NCBI RefSeq assembly: GCF_004010195.1
Contig: NC_057759.1
Span: forward strand, 2,765,187 to 2,829,166
Direction of reading: 5' to 3'
DNA: 63,980 nt
Origin: Chiloscyllium plagiosum
Taxonomy: Eukaryota
This document shows, piece after piece, positions 1 to 12,384 of this stretch. The notes beneath the pieces are model-generated. The model saw nothing but the letters and a program-made list of their open reading frames with translations, ran no database searches and was not told the DNA's origin. The translations under genes were made by a program, and so were the position numbers. Each line of letters opens with the position of its first letter. Position 1 is the stretch's first letter.

Positions 1-2835
1 TCCTCCAGCACCTCACTTGTGTTTAAGGATGCTACAAAGATAGCTGTCAGGGCCCCAGCTATTTCCTCTCTCGCCTCCCTCAGCAGCCTGGGATAGATCC
101 AATCCGGTCCTGGGGATTTGTCCACATTAATAACCTCTAGCTTACCCAACAGATCTTCCTCATTTATGTCAGCGTGATCCAGAGTTACCAAACTTCTGTC
201 TCTAATCTCAACATTCATCATGTACCCCTCATCAGTGAACACTGATGCAAAGTAATCATTCAGAATCTCACCCATTCTCTCAGGTTCGACACACAGCCTT
301 CCTTCATTATCCTTTAGTGGACCAATCCTTTCCCTAGTTACCCACTTGCTTCTTATATAAGAATTAAATGCTTTGGGATACTCCTTATTTCTGTTCGCTA
401 TAGCTATTTCATGATCCCTTTTATCCCGCTTGATTCCTCGTTTAAGACTGGTCCCAGTCTCCCGATATTCCTCCAGGGCCTGTTCTTTTCTTAGCTGCCT
501 GGACTTTCTATCCACTTCCCTTTTCATTTTGGCTAGTCATACGATTTCTCCTGTCATCCATGGTTCATGAATCTTGCCTTCCTATCCTTTGCTTTCAACG
601 GGACATGCTTATCCTGCACTGTCTTTAACCTATCTTTGAAAGCCTCCCACATCTCAAATGTGGGCTTCTCTTCAAATAGCTGTGACCAATCCCCACTTCT
701 CAACTCCTGCCTAATTTTGATATAATTGGCCTTGTCCAGTTTAGTAATCTTCCCTTAGGACCACTCTCATCTTTGTCTACGAGTATTCTAAAACTTACAG
801 AATTGTGCTCACTATTCCCAAAGAAACCCCCCACAATGTAACTTCTCCCACCTGGCTCATTTCCCCAATACCAAGTCCAATATTGCCCCTTCCCTCGTCG
901 GATTGTTGACATATTGCTCCAGAAAACTCTCCTGGATGCTTCTTAAAAATTCTGCCCCATCCATTTTGACCCAAAATGTATCCCAGTCAATGTTGGGAAA
1001 ATTAAAATCTCCCATCACTACCACTCTGTTGCCTTTACATCTTTCCATAATCTGTTTACCTATTTGTTCTTCTACCTCACGATAACTGTTGGGAGGCCTG
1101 TAATAAAGCCCCAACAATGTAACGGTACCCTTCTTATTTCTCAGCTCCACCCATAATGCCTCACTACTGCAGCCCTCCATAGTGTCCTCCTTTAGCACAG
1201 CAGTGATATTATCCCTGACCAGCAATGCAATTCCTCCCCGCCCCACCTCCCCCCCCCCAACTTTTTACTTCCCTCCCTGTCCTGTCTGAAGCATCTATAT
1301 CCTGGAACATTTAGTTGCCAATCATGCCCCTCCCTCAAACAAGTCTCTGTGATTGCAATAACACCATACTCCCAGGCACCAATCCAAGCCCGAAGTTCAT
1401 CTGCCTTACCCACTGTACTCCTTACATTGAAGTACATGCACTTCAGGCCACCAGTTCTTCTGCGTTCATCTGCTCTCTGCCTACTCTTCGCATTATTAAT
1501 GCTATCTTCATGATCCGTACAGTCTCCAGTTTCCACCTCGCTGTCTTCTCTTCTGGTTCCCTGCCCCCTGCCACATTAGTTTAAAACCTCCCCAACAGCA
1601 GTAGCAAAATCTCCCCTAAGGACATTAGTTCCAGTCTGGTTCAGATGTTGACCGTCCAATTTATAATAGTCCCACCTTCCCCAGAACCGGTCCACAATGT
1701 CCAACAAATCTAAACCCCGCCCTCCTACACCATCCCTCAAGCCATGTATTCATCTGCCTATTCTTTCATTTTCTACGTTGGCTAACAGTGACACTGGTAG
1801 TAATTCCGAGATCACTACTTCTGTGGTCCTCCTGTTTAACTTGACTCTTAGCTCCCTGAATTCTGCTTTCAGGACCTCATCTCGATTTTTACTTATATTG
1901 TTGGTACCTGTAAGCACCAAAACAACTGGCTGATCACCCTCCCCTTTTAGAATGCTCTGCAGCCGATCGGTGACATCCCTGACCCGAGGCAACATACCAT
2001 CCAGGAGTCCCATTTTTGGCCACAGAACCGCCTATTTGCTCCCCTTACAACTGAATCCCCTAATACTATGGCCTTACGAGTCTTTTTCTTGCCACGTGCC
2101 ATGATCTTGGCAACTGCTGCCCTCCCCTGGTGAGCCATCTCCCTCAACAGTATCCAAAATGGTATACCTGTTTTGGAGGGAGATGACAGCAGGGTATACC
2201 TGCACTGCCTCCCTACTCTTTTTCTGCCTTTTGGTCACCCATTCACTGTCTCCCTCAGCAATTCTAACCTGCCGTGTGACCAGTTCACTAAACGTGCTAT
2301 CCATGCTTTCCTCAGCATTGTGGATGCTCCACAGTGAGTCCATCCGCAGCTCCAGAGCCATCATGCGGTCAAACAAGAGCTACAGCTGCACACACGTCTT
2401 GCAAGAGTCAGGAACGTCAACCACTTGCCTGAGCTCCCACATCAAGCAAGAGGCACATGCCACGGGTCTGAGGTTCCCTGTCATTGTAAGCCTTAGCATT
2501 AAATCAACTAACTAAAACCAAACAATGCACTCAAATATATGAAACAAAAGAAAGAGAAAATAAAAGCTGTAACTTACAGAGTCTTTTTCTTCTGGTTAGC
2601 GGAGAAGGGATGGTGCAGGAGGGAGATACTATACGTGTAGTATCTCGGGTTTAGCCGCTGCCCAAAATATACTAAGTCCTTACCTTCCCGGCACCCTCCT
2701 TGGTCTGTCTCCTGCTGCTCCCAAACAGGAAAAAAGGCTGCGGGCTCCGAAAGTAAGAATTTAAACAGTGTCCTTACCTTCCCTGCACACTCCTGGTCTC
2801 ACGTCACCTTCGCTCTGTCTCCCATTGCTCCCGGA
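1..2835 (-). mobile_element. CR1-clade LINE, 5' half (5'UTR, ORF1, ORF2 endonuclease and linker); continues beyond window start; degenerate
   Basis: Minus-strand ORFs give APE endonuclease motifs (GLKCMYFNVRS, IAITET, GGGIALLVRD, LYYRPPN, VMGDFNFPNIDW, PTREGAILDLVLG) and an SGNH-esterase ORF1 (IVLGDSVVRG, TGTNNI). Several frameshifts. Confidence 0.93.
1576..2484 (-). pseudogene. CR1 ORF1 (CxxC...CxxC zinc finger/leucine zipper plus SGNH esterase), disrupted
   Basis: ATG at 2484 reads MTGNLRPVACASCLMWELRQ...CKTCVQL*; later ISLQNRYTILD, LGDSVVRG, TGTNNI; ends GEVLN* at 1576-1578. Confidence 0.85.
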
Positions 2836-2838
2836 CAG

Positions 2839-3410
2839 GATATCGTGTAACTTGAAAGAGTTCAGAAAAGATATACAAGGATGTCTCCACGGTTTGAGGA
2901 TTTGAGGTGAATATGCTGAGGCTGTTTTCCCTCGCGCACCGGAGGCTGAGGGGTGACCCGAGAGACATTTAGAGTCATTGAGATGTACAGCATGTAAACA
3001 GGCTCTTCGGACCAAAACTAGTCCTTGCTGAACAGTTATCCCAACCTAATCTAGTCCCATTTGCCAGCACTTAGGTCACCTCTCAGCTTTCAACTTTCCA
3101 GGGAAAACAGCCCCACCTTTCAGCCTCTCCCTGTAGCTCAAATCCTCCATCCTGGTGTGGAGTCCAGAAATAGAGGGTAATAGGTTTAGAATGAAGGCGG
3201 GAGTGGGTGTTTTAAAAGTGACCTCAGGGGCAACATTTTCATTTAGAGAGTGGTCTCTGTGAAGAATCAGCTGCCAGAGGAAGTGGTGGATGCGAGTACA
3301 ATTATGACATATAAAAGGTGTCTGGATAGGTATATGAAAAGGAATGGTTTAGAGGGATATGGGCCAATGGGACTAGATTAGGTTAGGATATCTCTACGAC
3401 TTTGACTTGC
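2839..3410. mobile_element. Nested CR1 3' fragments (minus-strand piece inside a plus-strand piece)
   Basis: LERVQKR-type and GLFSL-type coding remnants plus a CR1 3'UTR. Paralogous blocks at ~17290-18110 and ~21465-22160. Confidence 0.75.
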
Positions 3411-3947
3411 CTCTAACGTATGGCACGTTTGTATGTTCAGTTTCTCTCTGGTGTCAGTGTCAATGCATTGATGTCTTATTCACCCACCCCAACCCCCTTC
3501 CCGGGGGTGTTAACTATTTCGTGTACAGTTGTTTCCCAAGAATCTGCATTGCAGGTTCATCCTGAATTTACACACTTTTCTTGACTCCCAAAATCAGGTC
3601 CGCTCAATCTCAGCAGTATCCCAATGTTGTGAAAGGTATTAACTTTTCATGTGGAGTTATCCAAAATTCAAAGAGATGCCAGTCTTAATGTTTTTGCTTT
3701 TGTGCCCCTGTTAGATCCTGAATTAGCACCTTCAGGAGAATTAGTTAGAGCTGAGTGAGAACAGAGCGGGAGAAAGAGAGCGTGGGATGGTGCTTTCAAT
3801 GTTTCAGAATAACAAAAGAAAGAAATGTTCCACAGAAATTGGAATTGCTTTTTTCTGAATTTCTAATTTGAACTGATAGTGATGAGTTTTGTAATCTCTT
3901 CTTACAGAATATTTGAAGATCTAAATGTGGATGTTTCAAAATTAACA

Positions 3948-4060
3948 GATGAAAGGCTTATGCCTGACTCCCCTCCTCTGTGGATGCTGCCTGAACTGCT
4001 GTGCTTTTCCAGCATTGCACTTTTTGACTCTGACTCTCCAGCATCTGCAGTTCTCACTTC
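3948..4060 (+). mobile_element. Penelope-like element terminal-repeat relic (decayed hammerhead motif)
   Basis: GATGAAAGGCTTATGCCTGA...GGATGCTGCCTGAACTGCTGTGCTTTTCCAGC...CTCCAGCATCTGCAGTTCTCACTT matches the 3' end of the GIY-YIG element at 53295-53425. Paralogs at ~18642-18756 and ~22690-22803. Confidence 0.7.
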
Positions 4061-4309
4061 CACTTCAATGTCTCCAAGTCACTCCAATCCATCGGGGCTG
4101 CAACGATTTTAGACTATGATCCTGTGAGATGGAGCAAAGCATTGTGGTTCCTATTTCAGTAAGTTTTCAGCTTCAGTGGGACTGGCTGAGTGGGCCCAGT
4201 GTTGCAGTGCACTGTGTGTGGAACCTGAAAACATTAATACAGCCTGGAAAGAGGAGTTCACGGTGGCAAGGGGCTCTACATGCGTTTGTGTACAGCTGAA
4301 GCTTCAGCC

Positions 4310-5350
4310 ATGGAGGAACCTGAGGAATCCTGGCCCATGGGGAAAACATGGAAGTGTGGCGACTGCGGAAAAGGCTTTTGTGTACCGTCTGCCCTGGAAA
4401 GTCATTGACGCAGTCACACCGGGGAGAGGCTGTTTTCCTGCCCTGAGTGTGGGAAGGGCTTCACACATGCGTCTACCCTCTGGGCCCACCGACGGGTCCA
4501 CAGCGGAGAAAGGCCATTCTCCTGCCCTGAGTGTGGGAAGGGATTTACCCGCTCCTCCCAGCTGCTGTCCCACTGGTGGGTCCACTCACCAGTGGGGAGG
4601 GGCCGTTCAGCTACCCTGAATGCTGGAAGGCCTTCACCGATTCCTGTGCCCTGCTGAAGCATCAGCGGGTCCACACCGGGGAGAGGCCATCCTCCAGCCC
4701 CAAGTGCGGGAAGGACTTTACCCGCTACTCCAACCTGATGAGGCACCAGGAGCTCCACACCAGGGGGAGGCTGTTCTCCTGCCCCTAGTGCAGAAAGACC
4801 TTTAAACCGCTCCTCCAGCCTGCTGGCACACCAGTCAGTCCACTCCAGGGAGAAGCCCTTTAGCTGTCCCGAGTGCGGGAAGACCTTCAGCAATTCCTCC
4901 GGCCTGCTGGTGCACCAGCGGGTCCACACAGGGGAGAGGCCGTTTACCTGCTCCATGTGTGGGAAGGGATTCAGTCAGCTGGGCAACCTGCAGAGGCATG
5001 AGTGGGTCCACACAGGGGAGAGGCCTTTCAGGTGCCCTGAGTGTGGGAAGGGGTTCACTTGCTCGGCTAAGCTGATGACCCATCAGTGGATCTATACCGG
5101 GGAGAGGCCGTTCACCTGCTCTCAGTGCGGGAAGGGATTCCTAGATTCTTCCACCCTGCTGACCCACCAGCGGGTGCACACCAGAAAGCGGTCATTCACC
5201 TGATCTGTGTGCGGGAAGGGGTTCAGTCATGTGGGCAATCTGTGGATGCACCAGTGGGTCCACACCAGGGACAGCCCGCTCACCTGCTCTAAGTGGGAAG
5301 GGCTTTATCCACTCCTCCCACTTGCGGAGGTACCAGTGAGTTCACGTGCT
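4310..5350 (+). pseudogene. C2H2 zinc-finger array gene, copy A (pseudogene)
   Basis: GCCATGG start at 4310; repeated CxxC-x12-HxxxH fingers with TGERP linkers; in-frame TGA at 4406 (CGA in copies B and C); frameshifts near 4585 and 4800. Confidence 0.92.
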
Positions 5351-5384
5351 ATTGCAGGGGGATTGAAGAAGCGACGCCTTCGTG

Positions 5385-5690
5385 CTATTCACTGGCTGGA
5401 CAATCGACCCAGAACTGGAGACTTCAGGGTTCAAATCCCACAGCGCAAGATGGCAGAGTTGGAATTCGGGCAGAAATCTGCAGTTCTGAATCTAATGATG
5501 AAAACAATTTTGGGGGTGAAGAAACGCCTAATTCACTCATGCCCTTTTTAAGGAAGGAAACCGCCACTGCGGAATGGATTCACTCTGTCATCTCAGCTGC
5601 ATCCTTTATCCGGTCTGACCTACGTGTGACTCCAGACCCACAGCAATGTGGTTGACTCTTGACTTAACCCTCCCACCTGCCATCCCAAGA
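5385..5690 (+). mobile_element. tRNA-derived SINE-like repeat (second family)
   Basis: B-box-like GGTTCAAATCCC at ~5428 followed by a body with ...AGGAAGGAAA...GTGACTCCAGACCCACAGCAATGTGGTTGACTCTT. Paralog at ~24165-24450. Confidence 0.6.
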
Positions 5691-5789
5691 AAATGAGCGG
5701 GGAGAAACTTACTTGGATTCAGTGTATAGGTTGAAATTGCTGAGTGAGGCAACACTTCCTGCAGGTTAAGGCTGTCACAAGGATCCAAT

Positions 5790-7610
5790 GAAAATGGGAT
5801 CACTCAGCTGACCAATAGTAAAGGAAGTGTGGTGGGGAGTGTGTGTGCTTTGACCTTAAGCAGTTTAAAAAAGTAAAGCTACTTTTTGTACACCTTTTTG
5901 CTGAGGAGATCTTAAGGAGTCACAAAATTGGGTCACAATAAAGGTTACCTGAACTTCCCGTGGTACTCAGACATTGAAATCTCTGAGATCTAACAGGTAT
6001 TTCTTTTAAAGCTGCTCTTTTCTTTCAGCCTCCAGCATTAAGTTTCCAATGTCATGTATCAGAAGGAGCAGTGAATGAGTAGCTAGTATCATTAGAAATT
6101 GTAATTTTTTCAGGAGTGCAGGTACTGCATTGTTTCATTGTAAAGTTTACTGGCAGCACCAGGCAGTGTGGGCTGTGTTCACTAGAAATGATGTGGAGGA
6201 GCTGGTGTTCAACTGGGATGGATAAAGTTAAAAATCACACAACACCAGGTTATAATCCAACAGGTTTATTTCGAAGCACTAGCTTTTGGAGCACTGCTCA
6301 AGTCGTCAGGTAGCTGTGGTGCAGAATCATAAGACACAGAATTTATATCAAAGGTGTCATGCCACTGAAATGATATATTGAACAAACCTAGATTGTTGTT
6401 AAGTCTTTCATCTTTTAGAATGGTTTGCAGGTTTCGGTTCATTAATATGTAAAGCTCAGAACTGCCTTCAAGTCACATTCTCAACGTAACTTAAGGTTTT
6501 ATATATTTTTAAAGAATGACCTTTCAGCTCAGATAATGCATTAAAAGTGTCAGGTTTGAATCCATCTGTATCCCAATCTTGAGTGAGACTGGTTCCATTT
6601 CCAAAGTAGGAATTTAAAATATATTACATGGAATGACTGTCCGCAGATTTTGTGCTTTTTGGGCAAAATAGAATGTATCTGCAAATACAACTCCAGTAAA
6701 TGCAAATTCATCCCAAAGACTTATATGTGTGTATGCATGCATGAGAGAGAGAGTGAGTGTTTGTGCTTGTGCATGCTTGGTAAAGTGTGTGCGTGATGGA
6801 GTGTAAACCTGGGTGAGGGTGTGGATGAGCGTGTCGGAGGGGGGGGGGGGGTATGTGTGTGTGTCTGAGAGAGAGCATGTGTATGAGCGAGGTCTGTGTG
6901 ACTGTGTGTATGAGTGTGAGAGAGCTCACCTGTGAAATGACATGAACCCAAGGTCCCCCTTTGAAGCTATCCTCATGGGTTCTGAATTTGGCTATCAGCC
7001 TCTGTTCAGCCACTAGAAATGATTAAACAGTTACACAACACATATTGGAGAGGGCAGGGTGGGACGTGTCTTTCAATTTGCAGAAGGTGGGAGGCTCTGG
7101 ATGCTGTAATCCATGACAAACGCATGCTGGAGGACCTTTGGCGCAGAGAGATGGAGCTGGAAGCCAGGCTGCAGACACGTTGGGGGGAAATGGGTAAAGT
7201 TGACTGGACGCTTTATTCCAGAAGATGGTCATTCCCCTCCAGACAGAGCCTTTTGATTGGTTCAGTGGACAGTATCAGGAGGGTGTGAGTGCGAGTCAGG
7301 CGGGTAAAAGGGATCTGAGAGAGAATTGCAGGGTGGAAGAGCTAACTGGCTGGTTTACGGGAGTAAAAAGAATGTTGGGCAGGAGGATATGTGGTAAGGG
7401 ACAAAATAGTGACAGGGATTGTCTCCATTCTCTGCAGTTGACATCAGGAGGCCAGATGGCATTGGTGTCTGTCTGGTGCAAATTTGGGAACCAATGTACT
7501 CAGGTCTAGAAAAGTGGAAAAGGGAGGTTGCTGTGGTGTGGTCCAACAATGTCAGGACGAGGGAGTCTCTCTTGTGGGCACAGGAGAAGTTAGAAGCTAC
7601 AAAGACAAGG
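5790..7610 (+). mobile_element. Old CR1 5'UTR/ORF1 remnant, interrupted by the Penelope insertion
   Basis: GQGGTCLSICRRWEALDAV...MELEARLQT resembles the CxxCxxWE...LE start of the CR1 ORF1 at 2484. Paralogs at ~24560-26380, 10990-11370 and 28770-29160. Confidence 0.55.
6193..7010 (-). mobile_element. 5'-truncated Penelope-like element with 13-bp TSD
   Basis: AEQRLIAKFRTHED GIY-YIG C-terminus, (CA)-rich 3' region and a decayed hammerhead at ~6280-6320. CACTAGAAATGAT repeated at 6180-6192 and 7011-7023. Confidence 0.8.
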
Positions 7611-7630
7611 CAGAGCCTCAAAGCTCTGAA

Positions 7631-7938
7631 CGGCATGGTGGCTCACGGGTCAGCATCGCCTCCTGACAGCGCCAGGGACCCGAGTTTGATTCCATCCTGA
7701 GGCGCCAATCTGTGTGGGTTACCTCCCCGTGCTCTAGTTTCTTCCCACAGTTCATTGACTTGCAGTGTAGGAAGGATCGGCTGTGCTAAAGTGTCCAGGC
7801 ATGTGCAGGTTAATTTGGATTAGTCATGGGGAACTGCAGTGCTGTTGGGTAAACAGGTGGGTCTGGGTGGGATGCTGTTCAGAAGGTTGGTGTCAATTCG
7901 ATGGCCAAAGAGCCTGCATAGACTACATGATTCTATAT
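7631..7938 (+). mobile_element. HE1/V-SINE-like tRNA SINE, diverged
   Basis: A-box TGGCTCACGGG, B-box GAGTTTGATTCC, core TTCCCACAGT, CR1-like tail ATGATTCTAT. Paralog at 26391-26724. Confidence 0.75.
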
Positions 7939-8624
7939 TGAGAAATGATTGCCCCAAGTCTGCTGTGACACAGAGTAGACACCAGTTCATGGGAAACTGA
8001 CACCAGTCCTGTAGAAGGTGGGATTTGTGCTGTCCCTCCTCATACTTTGCACACCACATTCTCTCAACCCCCCCAACCTTCTTCCCCCATTCTCTCTCTG
8101 TGCTCCACCATTCTCTTCCCCTACCATCTGTCCCCCCAGCATTTCTCTTTGCCCCATCCCCCAAGTCCTTCTCTACTCCCACCGTCTGTCCACCTGTCCA
8201 CTTTCTCTCCCTCTCTCCCACCAGCGTCTGACTCTGTCCATTCTGTTTCCCATCTCCCCCCCCACATTACCCCACCATCCTTTCTCATGCCTCAAGCCCT
8301 CTTTGATCACTGTATCAAACCCTTCTCAGAAGAGAGAGAAAATGGAATGGTGATGATTCTACCTGTGAGACCGGGGTGCATTAGAAATTATTGATATTTA
8401 AAATTGAGAATACCTAAAATGTATTCAGAAGCATCAGTAAAGTCTGAAAGCATGTTCAATTCCTTTAAAAAGCTACAGGCATCTTTCTGAAACTTGCATT
8501 GAAATATGCAGAGTTAGGCCACAATTGAGGACAGGCTGTAAGGGATGAATGGTCTATTCCTATCTTGTGAAATTGGTTCTGGATATGTAGAAGTAGTGTC
8601 ACAGGATTGAGGAGAATGGAAACA

Positions 8625-8900
8625 AACATTTCGGTCTGTGCTGATTAGAAATCCTAAATTAATCTAGTCCCATTTGCCTAAATCTGGTCCATAACCCTCG
8701 AAACCCTTCTTGTTTAGATATCTATCCTGACGCCTTTTAAATGTTGGAATAGTACCAGCCTCCAACACTTCCTCTGGCAGCACATTCCAAACACGTACCA
8801 CCCTCTGTGTGAAAAAGTTATCCCTTAAGTTCCTTTTAAATTTTCCTCTCAACCTATGCCCCTCCAGTTTTAGACTTCCTCTACGTTGGAGAAACGACCT
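8625..8900 (-). mobile_element. CR1 3' fragment
   Basis: Minus ORF ...FFTQRVVRVWNVLPEEVLEAGTIPTFKR..., the ORF2 C-terminus. Confidence 0.85.
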
Positions 8901-9039
8901 ACAAAGGTTGAGCAGCCAGGCAAATTGCAAAAGGAATTGACCCATAAGGGGAAACAAGTTGTGGGTCCAACCATTCGTTGTCTGCTATTGGCATTTGGAC
9001 ACTTAAAATCTGTCAGTAACACCAGCATCGTCACATCGC

Positions 9040-9260
9040 ATAGTGCGCATGCTCCTCGGTGACAGCACACGTTCACTGGTGTCAGAAAAATAGTACGCAT
9101 TCTCCTTGCTTTCCGCTGAAACGTCCCAAGACCTTCTTTCCATGGACCAATGGGAAGGCTTGGACGACCGGAAGGAGTCTTGTCCTGCTGCCAATCAGAG
9201 TCACGTGGTGCGTGAATGCGGAAGTTCGCCATGAGCTTGGGGAGGAGCTGCTCGTTTGAA
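9040..9260. promoter_or_regulatory. Candidate TATA-less promoter
   Basis: Clustered TGCGCATGC (9044), CCAAT (9147, 9191), ACCGGAAG (9167), GTCACGTGG (9200), GCGGAAGT (9218) and CGCCAT (9227) in locally CpG-rich sequence. Confidence 0.55.
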
Positions 9261-9544
9261 TGAAGACTGAGTTTCACTCCGGGCTGTAGCTTCCTTGCTC
9301 TGTCTAAACGTCTGTGAATACAGCATTCTCTTATCCATTTTTTTTTCATTCTGGGGTTCAATTTTTAATTTGTTGCAATTGAAATGAAAGGGAGTGAATC
9401 CAGGGAGGAGACAGACTGGAAACTGTGTCTCAACTGGCAAACACATGGCAATTGAAGTTCCACAGTGTGAACTTGTTTCCTTTGCTGTAGAAAACAAAAG
9501 GCAGAACGGAGGTGTATTGTTTAAATGGTGATACATTGGGATGT

Positions 9545-9666
9545 GGAGAAAGTGAGGACGGCAGATCAGAGTCAAAAAGTGTGGTTCTGGAAAAGCGCAG
9601 CATATCAGGCAGCATCTGAGGAGCAGGAGAGTCGACGTTTCAGGCATGAGCATTTCACCAGGAATG
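9545..9666 (-). mobile_element. Penelope terminal-repeat relic, single arm
   Basis: Reverse complement CATTCCTGGTGAAATGCTCATGCCTGAAACGTCGACTCTCCTGC... matches the arms at 35721-35915. Confidence 0.75.
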
Positions 9667-9914
9667 ATGTGTGGGTGTACAAAGGTGTCTCAGCGTCCCG
9701 CTACTCCAGTAATGTCCGTTGTCAGACAGGTGGAACAAGCAATGAGCGAGGCAAGTCGTATATTACCAAGAGGAATTGAGTTCAGAAGCAGGGATGCCCC
9801 CTGCACTTACGGAGCCATTGGATGTATTCAAGGCTGAGTTCATCAGGTTTTGAACAGCAAAGAAGTGGAAGGTTCTGGGGGAAGGCAAGAAAATGGTTTT
9901 AAGACCCACACAGG

Positions 9915-10790
9915 ACAGTTATACAGTCATACAACCCAGAAACAGACCCTTTAGTCCAAATAGTCCGTGCTGACTATGTTCTCAGGCTAATCTAGTCTGA
10001 CTTACCAGTGTTTGACCCATATCCCTCTGACCTGTTCCTATTCATGTATCTAATGTCTTTTAAATGTTGTAATTGTATCTGCATCCACCACTTCCTCTGG
10101 ACATTCATTCCACACACAAACCACTCTCGCTGTAAAAAGAAAGAACTAGTGCTTCTCATGTCTTTTTAAAAAAATTCTCCCCTCACCTTTAAAATTTGCT
10201 CCTTAATCTTGAAACTCCCATCCTCAGGAAAGGACACCCTCTGTTCACTACACCTATACCCCTCCTGATTTTATAGACCTCTATAAGGTCACCTCTCAAC
10301 CCCCTATGCTCCAGTGAAAAGAGTCCCAGCATATTCACCTAAATATAGGTATATTCACATGTGTTCAATGCTGGTGAAGGCTCGAAAGACCAAATGGCTG
10401 CCTCCTGCTCCCATTTCTCATACTGTGTCTTGGACAGCAAGAGACCATAAGACATGGGCGCAGAAATGTGGCCATGGCTGATAAATTTCTCAACCCCATT
10501 CTCCTGCTATCTCCCAATAACTCTCAATCCCCTTGACACTCTAACCTATCTATCTCAGTCTTAAATATACTCGGTGACCTGGCCTCTATAGCCTTTTGTG
10601 GCAACAAATTCCCTAGATTCACCACTTTCTGGCTGAAGAAGATTCTCCTTATCTCTGTTCTAAAAGGCTTTCCCTTTACTCTAAGACTGTGCTCTCGGAT
10701 ACTCGTTTCCCCTACCAATGGAAACATTTGCCCAATGTCCATTCTGTCGAGGCTGTTCTGTATTCAGTAAATTTCAATTAGATCCCTCCT
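9915..10790 (-). mobile_element. CR1 3' fragments (two or more)
   Basis: ORF MFPLVGETSIREHSLRVKGKPFRTEIRRIFFSQKVVNL and CR1 3'UTRs. Paralog at ~27735-28590. Confidence 0.82.
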
Positions 10791-11374
10791 GAGAGCGGAC
10801 CCGTTAATAAGCATGGACCAGACCCTTCAGGATGAAATACAGAAAGGATTAGGTTCAGCAAAGTGGGAATCGAGGGAGTGTGTGTGTGAGAGAGAGAGAG
10901 ATGGAGATTTTCAGCTTTTAGGGAATGATAGAGGAAAGAAAGTTTGAGATAGCAACTGAGTGAGTGAGTGCATCTGGGATTTTGGTGAAAAGTGGGAATT
11001 TATTGTACTATGGGGATGAAGTGCTTTAAGGTTTACCGGCAGGAAATGAAGTTTTAGTTGGGTTTTTGTTTTAAACTGCTCATTTCTTTCAGTCTCCAAC
11101 ATTGTATTTCTGATGCTGTGCATCAGAAGGTGCGGTGAATCAGTAACTGGTATTATTAGAGACCGCATGATTTTTAAGACTGTAGGTATTGCATTGTTTC
11201 ATCAGAATTGTAAGGTTTACTGGCAGCAGTGGGAGGTGTGGGCTGTACTCACTAGAAATGATTAAGCAGTTAGGTAACACAAAAATGAGAGGACAGGGTG
11301 GAACTTGTCTTTCGATTTGCAGACGGTGGTAGGTTCTGGGTGTTGTGATCTGGAGCAAACACAACTGCAGTAAA

Positions 11375-11872
11375 TCATAGTAGTCCTACAGTGTGGAATC
11401 AGGCCATTCAGCCCATCAAGTCCACTCGGACCCCTATGAAGAGAATGCCAACTCCACCATCTCCTACCCTATCTGGGTGAGACTGGATGAGGGGACATAG
11501 CCTCATGGTTAGGGGGAATATATTTAGGATAGAGATGGGGAGGAACTGCTTTTCTCAGACAGCAGTGATTTTATGTAATTCTCTGCCAAAGGAATTAGTA
11601 GAGGCAGCTTCATTAAGTATACTCAAGGCACAGTTGGATAGGTCTTTGCATGATAGGGGAATTAAGGGTAGTCAGGATAATACTGTTAGGAGGAGCTGAG
11701 ACTATGGATAGATCAGCCATGATCCTAAGGAATGGACGAGCAGGCTCAACGGGCCAAATGGCCTATTGCTGCTTTGATTACTGTGAAACTATAACCCTGC
11801 ACCTCCCACATCTAATCCACCTGACCTACACATCCCTGAACATTATCGGCAATTTAGCATGGCCAATCCAAA
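11375..11872. mobile_element. Minus-strand HE1-like SINE split by a plus-strand CR1 3' fragment (~11474-11787)
   Basis: SINE tail and core (CAATTTAGCATGGCCAATCCA) flank ORF MRGHSLMVRG...FSQTAVILCNSLP. Paralog at ~29165-29680. Confidence 0.7.
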
Positions 11873-12183
11873 TCAAGGCAGGTCAGCAAGTAGTGATGTG
11901 GAAAATAAATGTCAGAGAATGATAAACAGGGACAAGGAGAATAAATATACCAGCAATCAAAGCTGAATTCAAAATATCACAAAAATTGAAACTAAAAGCT
12001 GTGATGTCTGAATGTGTGCTGCATCGTGACAAAAGTGAATGAATTGACTGCACGTTAGAGAGACTAATTATGATCTTAGACTTCAGTATGATAAGGATTG
12101 GATCCTGAATAACGAGGGGGTATGTGGCATTCAAGTTGAAGGGAAGCTAAGTTAAGGTAGAGGGTTGGCACTGCTAATCAAAG

Positions 12184-12384
12184 GAGGGGAAAGTGAGGAC
12201 TGCAGATGCTGGAGATCAGAGCTAAAAATGTGTTGCTGGAAAAGCGGAGCAGGTCAGGCAGCATCCAAGGAGCAAGAGAATCGACGTTTCGGTCATGAAG
12301 AAGGGCTCATGCCCGAACCGTCGATTCTCCTGCTTCTTGGATGCTCCCTGACCTGCTGCACTTTTCCAGCGACACATTTTCAGC
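12184..12384. mobile_element. Fold-back Penelope-terminus mini-element with 16-bp TSD
   Basis: Inverted arms (12221-12292 vs ~12313-12384) and an unpaired tail at 12184-12220. GCACTGCTAATCAAAG at 12168-12183 and 12383-12398. Confidence 0.85.

Noticed and set aside
6708..7013. His/Thr-rich ORFs (also 25384-25782) and Pro/Ser-rich ORFs at 8018-8394 and 26812-27167
   Set aside because: Translations of (CA)n and CT-rich low-complexity DNA.
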